Shown one piece after another: positions 49,100-56,981 of a DNA stretch of 64,000 nucleotides (its first letter is position 1; every line of letters starts with the position of its first letter). Origin of the DNA: an uncultured Chloroflexia bacterium (GTDB lineage: Bacteria; Chloroflexota; Limnocylindria; Limnocylindrales; CSP1-4). The stretch lies in assembly GCA_963776385.1 (NCBI GenBank), contig CAVZME010000011.1, positions 465,195-529,194 on the forward strand. Reading direction: 5' to 3'. The position numbers were made by a program, and so were the translations under genes. Below the pieces are notes generated by a model that saw nothing but the letters and a program-made list of their open reading frames with translations, was not told the origin of the DNA and searched no databases.

Positions 49100-52000
49100 C
49101 TAGGCTGAGACCGGCGGGACCTCGGCGCGCGGGTTCGAGTCGGATCTGGCGCCCGTCGCGCGACCGGCATCGGCCGGTTTCGCGGCCTTCTCCCGGTAGC
49201 GACTCACCAGACCGACGGCGCCGCGCTCCTCGAAGAACGTCTCTGCTTCGCGCAGGCCCGCCGCCGCCTCCGGGAAGTGATCACCGGCCAGGTGTCCGAC
49301 CGCGATCTGGAAGAGCGCGCGTACCCGAAGGCGCAGAGAGTCGTTCAGGGTCCGCAATGCCGTGACATATGCCTGACGGCTATCGTCCCAGCGGCCCTCC
49401 AGGAGCGCCTTTGCGGTCGCGCCGACCTGCCGCAACGCCATGTCGGCCGGCCGCTCGGTCGTCGCGATCGTCGAGATCGCCTCGACGATCGCGTTCGCCC
49501 GGCCCGAATCAGCCGCCGCCATCGCGGCAAGGAGAGACAGGTGGAGGGCTGCTTCGAAGATCTCCTTGTTCTCCCAGCCCGCTCGACCGATCTCGTAGGC
49601 GTCAGCCCAGCGACCCTCGAGGAACCGGATCTCGCCGACGAATTGCCGAACGCCGGCCGTGCCCTGAGCGCTGACCTGGACGACGTCGGTGGCAAGCAGC
49701 TCACCCAGGAGCCGCTCGGCCTCCTCGAGCTGGCCCGCGTATGCCATCCGGAGTCCCAATTCAGATCGGAACCAAGCTCGATAGAAATCCGATGCCGATG
49801 GCTCCTCATCGCGCATCTCGGCGAGCCATTCATCCCAGCGACCGACATCGAAGGCGTTCCCGAGGCCCATGCCGACGGCCTGCTGGATCCACGTCCGTTG
49901 GCCGTAGCGCATCGCGATCTCGTAGATCTCCCGAGAGAGGGCGAGGGTATCGCCGAGGCTCACAGGCGCGATGAGTCCCAGCAGGTTGTTGCGAGCCCGC
50001 AGCGACGTCATTGGATCGCCCAGGCGGTCCGCGACGACGATCGCCCCACGAAGGCCCACCTCCGCTTCGGTGAGCAGTCCAGCGTTCATCTGCGCCGTCG
50101 CCTTCGTGATGATCACCTCGATGATGACGATCGGACTCACCAGGGTCCAACTCTGCAAGACCTTGTCCGCCCAGACGATCGCCTCGGGCGAGCCGCCGAT
50201 CATCAGTGCCCGCGCAAGCTCGCTCTGGGCGAGTGCGATCTCGGTCGCAGGTGGCAGGTCGGCGACCTCGGCGAGCCCGGCGCGAAGGATCTCGATCGCG
50301 GCCTTGTCGCCATGCTCGGCCAGATGCGTGCGCGCCTCGAGCGCGCGTGTCCGAAGCACCCCGAGCCGATCGCCCAGTGACGTGAAGATCTGCTCCGCTT
50401 CATGGACATGTGCGAGGCCCTGCGAGACCAGGGCCGACAGTGTCGCGACGTCCGCAGCGCGCTCATGAAGGATCGCCCGCTCCCTCGCGTCGGGGGTCAC
50501 GGTGATCGCCAGATCCAGGTAACCCAGCGCTCCGATCAGTGAGTGCAGCGCCGTCGCGCGATCGGCGGCAGCTCGAAGCGCGACCCGGGCCTGAGCGGCG
50601 AGTGCATCGGCTTCCGGGCCGGCTGGCGTCGCATGGAACGCGGCGAGGTAGTGGTTGGCGAGGACGCCGGCCAGCTCGTCGTCGCCAAGCAATTCGAGAT
50701 AGCGCGCTGTCGCGATGTGCTTCGTGCGGCGCTCGCGCTTGGCGAGCGAGGCATAGGCCACCTCCCGGACGACGCCCTGGACGAAGCGGAACTGGCCCCG
50801 TTCCGGCGAGCGCGGGTCGGCATCGAGGACGATCAGCTGGTGGCGCACGAGCCGATCGAGCGCGGCCGTCACGGCCGTCGCGTCCACGTCGGTCAGGGCG
50901 AGCAGCGAGGGGACGGTGAAGCTCAGACCCAGGACGGCAGCATCCGTCAGCAGCGCCCGGTCCTCTGGCGTGAGCGTATCCAGGCGTGCCGCGATAAGCG
51001 CCTGGAGCGTCGCCGGCACGGTCAGGTCGGGCAGGTCCACCGCCAGCGTGTACCGATCGCCCTCGGCGGACGGCAGAAGGACGCCACGGTCGATCAGCAT
51101 CCGAAGTGTCTCGACAGCGTAGAGCGGGATGCCTTCCGCCCGTTCGACGATCGCGCGCATGGCGTGCTCCGGGAGGCCAGTGACGAGGCCACCCAGGAGG
51201 GTTCGCATGTCCTCGGGCGACAACGGCTCCAGGTGGATGGTGGTCGAACTGCGGACCGTCGCGCCCCACCCGGGACGGCGTTCGAGCAGGTCGGGTCGCG
51301 CTTCCGCGAGAACGAAGATGGGCGAAGCCCGAGCCCAGGTCAGAAGGTGCTCGATGAAGTCGAGCAGGCCCTGGTCGGCCCATTGCAGGTCCCAGAAGAC
51401 CAGGATCGTCGTCGCTTGATCCGCGAGTCGCTCGAAGAAGGTCCGCCACGCCGCGAACAGTTCCTCGCGTGTCTCCGCTGGCAGGTCATCGAGCCCCAGC
51501 AGGCCGGTCAGTCGCGGCTCGATCCAGCGGCGTTCGACCGGGTCCGGGACCATCTCGTCGAGCATCGTCCCGAGTCGCTGTCGCGCCGTGGCCGTATCGT
51601 CCAATTCGGCGATGCCGGCTCGGCCGCGGACGATCTCGGCGAGTGCCCAGTAGCTGATCCCGTCGCCGTACGACGGCGAGCGACCCTCATGCCAGAGGAT
51701 CGTCTCGACCACGCCGTCGAGGTACTTCTCCAGCTCCCAGCCGAGACGGCTCTTGCCGATGCCTGCCTGCCCGACGATCGTCACGAGCCGCGGCTTGCCC
51801 TCGCGTTGCGTGGCATGGAACTGGTCCGTGAGCGCCCGGAGCTCCTCATCGCGACCGACGAACGGTGGCTCGAGGGCGGCGCTCCGCCCTGACCCGCCGA
51901 GGCGCGCGACGACAGCGAGGGCTTGCCAGCTCGGCACCGGCGCGGTCTTGCCCTTCAGCGCCTGCTCACCCACCGGTTCGAAGGCGATGGCACCGGATGC

Positions 52001-52675
52001 CGATCGGTACGTCGCCTCGCCGACCAGGACGGTGCCGGGCGCCGCGACCGACTGCAGCCGGGCGGCGGTATTGACGAGGTCGCCGGCGACCATCCATTGA
52101 CCGTCGACGCCAGTCGTCACGACGGCCTCGCCGGTCAGGACGCCGGCTCGGCCCTCGAGGAACGTGCCCCCGACCTCGATGCGTCCGACGGCGCCGACGA
52201 GCTGGAGGGCGGTCCGGACCGCTCGCTCCGCGTCGTCCTCGTGCGCGATGGGCGTGCCCCAAACGGCCATCACCGCGTCCCCGATGAACTTCTCGATCAC
52301 GCCGCCGTGGCGGTCGACGATCTGGCGCGCGGTCTGGAAGTAGCCGTCGAGCAGCTCGCGGACCTCCTCCGCGTCGAGACGCTCGGACAACGGCGTGAAG
52401 CCGACGAGGTCGACGAACATGACCGAGATGACGCGGACCTCGTTGACGGCCGCATCCGGGGACGGGCGTCGGTCCTGTGCCTCGGTGGTGTCGCGGCCGG
52501 AGACCACGGCAGGCTGAACGCCCCCGAGGCTGGTCCCGCATTCCCCACAGAACTTCGCGCCCGGTTGATTGGCGGCGCCGCACGCCGGGCACTCGGAGGC
52601 CAGCTTCTGCCCGCACTCGAGGCAGAACTTTCGGTTCGGTTCGTTCTGGGTTCCGCAGTTGCTGCAGGTGAGCAC
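49100..52675 (-). CDS. double zinc-ribbon + class III nucleotide cyclase + STAND AAA ATPase + TPR giant regulator
   Basis: CSNCGTQNEPNRKFCLECG...CPACGAANQPGAKFCGECG. VMFVDLVGFTPLSERL...KFIGDAVMAVWG. Walker A GQAGIGKSRLGWEL. Long alpha-solenoid C-terminus. Confidence 0.8.
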   Translation of the reverse strand: MLTCSNCGTQNEPNRKFCLECGQKLASECPACGAANQPGAKFCGECGTSLGGVQPAVVSGRDTTEAQDRRPSPDAAVNEVRVISVMFVDLVGFTPLSERLDAEEVRELLDGYFQTARQIVDRHGGVIEKFIGDAVMAVWGTPIAHEDDAERAVRTALQLVGAVGRIEVGGTFLEGRAGVLTGEAVVTTGVDGQWMVAGDLVNTAARLQSVAAPGTVLVGEATYRSASGAIAFEPVGEQALKGKTAPVPSWQALAVVARLGGSGRSAALEPPFVGRDEELRALTDQFHATQREGKPRLVTIVGQAGIGKSRLGWELEKYLDGVVETILWHEGRSPSYGDGISYWALAEIVRGRAGIAELDDTATARQRLGTMLDEMVPDPVERRWIEPRLTGLLGLDDLPAETREELFAAWRTFFERLADQATTILVFWDLQWADQGLLDFIEHLLTWARASPIFVLAEARPDLLERRPGWGATVRSSTTIHLEPLSPEDMRTLLGGLVTGLPEHAMRAIVERAEGIPLYAVETLRMLIDRGVLLPSAEGDRYTLAVDLPDLTVPATLQALIAARLDTLTPEDRALLTDAAVLGLSFTVPSLLALTDVDATAVTAALDRLVRHQLIVLDADPRSPERGQFRFVQGVVREVAYASLAKRERRTKHIATARYLELLGDDELAGVLANHYLAAFHATPAGPEADALAAQARVALRAAADRATALHSLIGALGYLDLAITVTPDARERAILHERAADVATLSALVSQGLAHVHEAEQIFTSLGDRLGVLRTRALEARTHLAEHGDKAAIEILRAGLAEVADLPPATEIALAQSELARALMIGGSPEAIVWADKVLQSWTLVSPIVIIEVIITKATAQMNAGLLTEAEVGLRGAIVVADRLGDPMTSLRARNNLLGLIAPVSLGDTLALSREIYEIAMRYGQRTWIQQAVGMGLGNAFDVGRWDEWLAEMRDEEPSASDFYRAWFRSELGLRMAYAGQLEEAERLLGELLATDVVQVSAQGTAGVRQFVGEIRFLEGRWADAYEIGRAGWENKEIFEAALHLSLLAAMAAADSGRANAIVEAISTIATTERPADMALRQVGATAKALLEGRWDDSRQAYVTALRTLNDSLRLRVRALFQIAVGHLAGDHFPEAAAGLREAETFFEERGAVGLVSRYREKAAKPADAGRATGARSDSNPRAEVPPVSA

Positions 52676-52718
52676 GGATTCAGGATAGCCGAGCGGATGA
52701 GCCGGGCGATCCGCAGGG

Positions 52719-53690
52719 TCACACCGGCACGAACACCTCGGCCCAGTCATCGCGGACGCTGACGACGGTCCAGCCGTCACGGGCGGCCTGCTCCAGGGCT
52801 GCCTCGGACCCGTTCGTGTAGGCGAACTCGCGCTCGGCATCGTCATGGAGGATGAGAAGCCGAAGGAACGGTTTGTCGGCATGCTGGGCGTATTCGAGCA
52901 TCTGGATGTCGCCGTTCGAATTGCCGCCGGCCAGCAGGGGCCGGCGGCCGACCCGGCTCCAGATCCGTATCGGCTTCTGGGGGCCGTCGTCGAGGTACTC
53001 GGGAGCCGTACTGTGCGAGATCGTCCCACCACGCCCGTCCGAGGTGTAGGTCAGCTCGACCGTGCTGCCGATGACATGCTCGCGCGGGATCCCGTAGATC
53101 TCGGCGGTGACGGGACGCATGAAATCACGCCCCCCGCCGGAGGCGATGTAATTCGTGAAACCGTTCGCTTCGAGATAGCGCAACAGCTCGACCATCGGCA
53201 GGTACGCCGTCTGGAGATAACCGCGGCCAAGCGTCGGATGTCGCGCCGTGCGCAGGAACCCGTCTGACCTCGCCTCGAAGTCGTCGACGCTGACGCCGGC
53301 GAACGCTCCGATGACGCCGCCCGCGAGTGCCGGCAGGTCGCTGTCGTCGCCCGCGTAGTGCTTGTCCATGGCCTGCGCGAGCCACCCGTACTCGCGCGTC
53401 CAGGCGGCCTTCCACGGCTGGCGTTCGCGCAGGCTCTCGTCGGCCTCGGCCATCTCGTAGAGCCGGCGCAGGATGAAGTCGAGCTGGATCGGCATCGGTT
53501 TCTCGGTCCACAGCGTCCCGTCGTTGTCGAAGACGGCGACCCGATCCTCGACCGGGACGGGCGGCGAACCGTCGGCGCCCGTCACCCGCTCGACGAATTC
53601 CACGATCGACTTCTTTGCGGCCGCATCGCGCCAGCTCGGGAGGTCGTCCATCTCGAATGCATACCCCCTATCGGTCTCGGTGATGAGCAT
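52719..53690 (-). CDS. HAD-superfamily hydrolase
   Basis: Motif I VAVFDNDGTLW. Alpha/beta core with cap. Start set at MLITETDRGY. Confidence 0.7.
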   Translation of the reverse strand: MLITETDRGYAFEMDDLPSWRDAAAKKSIVEFVERVTGADGSPPVPVEDRVAVFDNDGTLWTEKPMPIQLDFILRRLYEMAEADESLRERQPWKAAWTREYGWLAQAMDKHYAGDDSDLPALAGGVIGAFAGVSVDDFEARSDGFLRTARHPTLGRGYLQTAYLPMVELLRYLEANGFTNYIASGGGRDFMRPVTAEIYGIPREHVIGSTVELTYTSDGRGGTISHSTAPEYLDDGPQKPIRIWSRVGRRPLLAGGNSNGDIQMLEYAQHADKPFLRLLILHDDAEREFAYTNGSEAALEQAARDGWTVVSVRDDWAEVFVPV

Positions 53691-53981
53691 CCCAAGCGTA
53701 GACTCCTTGACGGTGGTGGACGGATGGCGACGCACGATCGAACGACCTCTCGGAAGGGCGACGACACGGCGGCCGGGACGGGCGGCTTCATCGGTCAGGT
53801 CGGCTTGTTCGAGACGGCCAACGGTCTGCCTCACGGACCGATGGCCGTTGGTGTTCGCCATCACGCTGGCTATGGTCGTCATCCCACTGACCCGGCTCGC
53901 GCGCATGATCACCCGCCGCTGACCGGACGCGCGCTACGCTGTCCGCCGTCAGGGTCAGGACGACGCGAGGAGACGCAGACG

Positions 53982-54644
53982 GTGGACGTCGCCACGACAC
54001 GACCGGCGATCCCGTCCGGGCTGCTCGCCGCCGGGGTGGTGGCGATCGGGCGGCATATCGCTGTCGATGTCGCCGCTGACGTCGCTCGAGCCCTGTCCGA
54101 GGGTGGTGTGCGGGCGGTCGAGCTGACCCTCAACGCCCCAGAAGACGAGGCGATCCGCTCGATCGAGGCTGTCGCCGCAGTGGCGTCCCGTCTCGGCCTC
54201 GATCTGGGCGCGGGGACGATCCTGTCCATCGACGCGGCCCAGCGTGCCGTCGATGCCGGTGCCACCTTCCTCGTCAGTCCCCACCTGGACGTCGCGCTCG
54301 TCGCATGGGCTGCTGCCCGCGGCATCCCGGCCTTCCCCGGCTGTGCCACACCGACGGAGGCCCTGGCCGCCTGGCGGGCCGGCGCGGCGGCGATCAAGGT
54401 CTTCCCGGCGTCGGTGGTGGGTCCGGCCTTCGTGCGCGAGCTGCGTGGCCCCTTTCCGGACATCCCGGTCGTCCCGACCGGCGGTGTCACGATCGAGTCC
54501 GCACCTTCGTTCGTCGCAGCCGGTGCCGTCGCGGTCGGCATGGGTGGCTGGCTCCTGGGCGACGGCGACACGAGCGGTATCCGCGAGCGGGCCCGCCGCA
54601 TCGTCGCGGTGATCGCCGACGCCCGCGCCGAGATGGCCGGATGA
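53982..54644 (+). CDS. eda: 2-dehydro-3-deoxyphosphogluconate (KDPG)/4-hydroxy-2-oxoglutarate aldolase
   Basis: GVRAVELTLN, GATFLVSPH, GCATPTEALAAWRAGAAAIKVFPA. GTG start with AGGAGA RBS. Confidence 0.8.
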   Translation: MDVATTRPAIPSGLLAAGVVAIGRHIAVDVAADVARALSEGGVRAVELTLNAPEDEAIRSIEAVAAVASRLGLDLGAGTILSIDAAQRAVDAGATFLVSPHLDVALVAWAAARGIPAFPGCATPTEALAAWRAGAAAIKVFPASVVGPAFVRELRGPFPDIPVVPTGGVTIESAPSFVAAGAVAVGMGGWLLGDGDTSGIRERARRIVAVIADARAEMAG

Positions 54645-55638
54645 CCGAGGTCGTCACGCTCGGCGAGTGCCTCGTCTCGTTCGTGGCGACGACGCCCGGT
54701 CCGCTCTCCGAGGCGACGACATTCGAGCGGCTCGTGGCCGGCGTCCGAGGCGAACGTCGCGGTCGGCCTGGCCCGGCTGGGCCACCCGGTGACGTTCATC
54801 GGCCGGGTCGGGGCTGATGGGTTCGGCGATGCCATCCGGCGCCGGCTGCTGGGCGAGGGCGTGCGAGCGGTCGACCTCGTGACAGACCGTGACGCGACGA
54901 CCGGCGTGATGTTCCGCGAGCGGCGAGTCCTGGGTCCGGCACAAGTCGTCTACGCGCGAAGCGGTTCTGCCGGGTCGCGGCTCTCGGCCGCCGACGTCGA
55001 CCGAGCGGCGGCCGGCGGCGCGTTCGAGGGGGCGCGGTGGCTGCATCTCACGGGGATCACCCCGGCACTGTCCGACGATGCTCGGGCCGCCGCAGGCCGC
55101 GCGATCGACCACGGCCGCGTTGCCGGCTGCACGATCAGCCTCGACCTCAACCTCCGTCGCCGGATGTGGTCGGACGAAGCGGCGGCTCCGGTCCTGCGAG
55201 CGCTCGGCGCGGAGGGTCGATGTCCTCCTCGGCAGCCCGGACGAACTCGCCGTCGTCACCGGGCTGCCGCCTGACGAGGACCCCGCGACGCTCGCTCGAG
55301 CCGCCCTCGAGATCGGACCCGCGACGGTCGTGGTCAAGCTCGGCGCCGACGGGGCGCTCGCTATCGATCGTGATGGGGAGGACCTGCCGGTCGCCCGGTC
55401 AGGGATCCCGCTGCCGGTCGTGATCGATCCGGTCGGGGCCGGTGACGCGTTCTGTGCCGGATTCATCGCCGCCCGGCTCGATGGCACCGACCTTGCCGAG
55501 GTGCTCGAGATCGCGAACGCCTGTGGAGCAGCTGCAGCATCCGCGCTGGGTGACCAGACCGGCCTTCCGGATCGAGCGTCGTTGGCGGCGATCCTCCTGG
55601 CCGTGAGCGAAACCGGCGGCCCGGACACCATTCGATGA
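54641..55638 (+). CDS. kdgK: 2-dehydro-3-deoxygluconokinase (PfkB family sugar kinase), two apparent frameshifts
   Basis: Start overlaps the eda stop (ATGA). N-term, GSEANVAVGLARLGHPVTFIGRVGADGFG, and C-terminal GAGDAF motif lie in three frames. Confidence 0.7.
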
Positions 55639-56813
55639 CAGGGTCGTTCGCGCCCGCCGAGCTGGTGGAGGAGCTGATCCGCATCGAGCCAGGCGCCGCC
55701 GACCGTCGCGACGACATCGTCGTCGTGCGCGCACCCGGACGGGTCAACCTCATCGGCGAGCACACGGACTACAACGAGGGCTTCGTCCTGCCCGCCGCGA
55801 TCGACCTCGAGCTCCGCATCGCCTACCTGCCGACGGACGACGGACGCGTGGAACTCGTCCGCCTTGACACCGGCGAGCGGGATGGATTCGAGCTGGGCCG
55901 GCCGCGCTCGAAGTCCGGTGGCTGGATCGATTACGTGGCCGGCACCGCCTGGGCGCTCGACGAAGCGGGCCTGCCCTTGACCGGCTTGCGTGGCGTCATC
56001 GCGTCCACGCTCCCGCCCAATGCCGGACTGTCGTCGTCTGCCGCCATCGAGCTCGCGTCAGCCTGGGCGATGCTCCACGACTCCGCAGCGGGCGTCGAGC
56101 CGTTCACCCTGGCCCGCATCTGCCAGCGCGCCGAGAACGGATATGTCGGCGTCCAGAGCGGGCTCATGGACCAGTTCGCCGAGGCATGTGGTGTCGCCGG
56201 CTCAGCCGTCCTCCTCGACTGCCGGTCGCTCGACTGGCGGCCCATCCCGCTGCCGGATGAGGTGACGCTCGTCGTCCTGCATACAGGGTCGCCGCGTCAC
56301 CTCGACGGTTCTGCCTACAACGAGCGACGACGCCAGTGCGAGATGGCCGTGGCCGAGCTGGCCCGCGACACGCCCGAGATCAGGAGCCTCCGCGACGTGA
56401 CGCCTGACGTGCTCGAAGCAGCCCGGGACAGGCTGGATCCCATCCCGTTCGACCGCGCCAGGCACATCGTCACCGAGAACGCCCGGGTGCTGGCGACGAT
56501 CGACGCACTCTCGGTCAACGACCTGGCCGCGGTCGGGCGCCTGTTCGCGCAGAGCCACGCATCGCTCCGGGACCTCTTCGAGGTCAGCTCGCCCGAACTC
56601 GATGCGATGGTCGAGATCGCGACGTCGGTCGACGGGGTCGTCGCGGCCCGGATGACCGGGGCCGGCTTCGGTGGCTGCACGGTCAACCTCGTGCGCCCGG
56701 CGGCCGTCGAAGCGCTGCGCGAAGCCGTCCTTGACCGCTATCCGGCCGCCACCGGCCTGACTCCGCTGATCCTGCCCGTCGACGCGACGGACGGTGCAGG
56801 GCGGATGACCTGA
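55635..56813 (+). CDS. galK: galactokinase
   Basis: PGRVNLIGEHTDYNEG signature. PPNAGLSSSAAIE ATP-binding (GHMP). GAGFGGC. Confidence 0.88.
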   Translation: MTGSFAPAELVEELIRIEPGAADRRDDIVVVRAPGRVNLIGEHTDYNEGFVLPAAIDLELRIAYLPTDDGRVELVRLDTGERDGFELGRPRSKSGGWIDYVAGTAWALDEAGLPLTGLRGVIASTLPPNAGLSSSAAIELASAWAMLHDSAAGVEPFTLARICQRAENGYVGVQSGLMDQFAEACGVAGSAVLLDCRSLDWRPIPLPDEVTLVVLHTGSPRHLDGSAYNERRRQCEMAVAELARDTPEIRSLRDVTPDVLEAARDRLDPIPFDRARHIVTENARVLATIDALSVNDLAAVGRLFAQSHASLRDLFEVSSPELDAMVEIATSVDGVVAARMTGAGFGGCTVNLVRPAAVEALREAVLDRYPAATGLTPLILPVDATDGAGRMT

Positions 56814-56981
56814 TCGCGCGACACATCGACCGATCCTCGGTCGTCTCCACCCTGGCTGCAACGCGCGTGTCGCGTGACGCCCGCCGCCGTTTCGTCGCGT
56901 TTCGCGTTCGTACGGCATCCTTAGGGCGAACCGACCGACCCGATCGCGCCTTCATCCGCTCCCTGGAGTCCTTCCCCGTCC

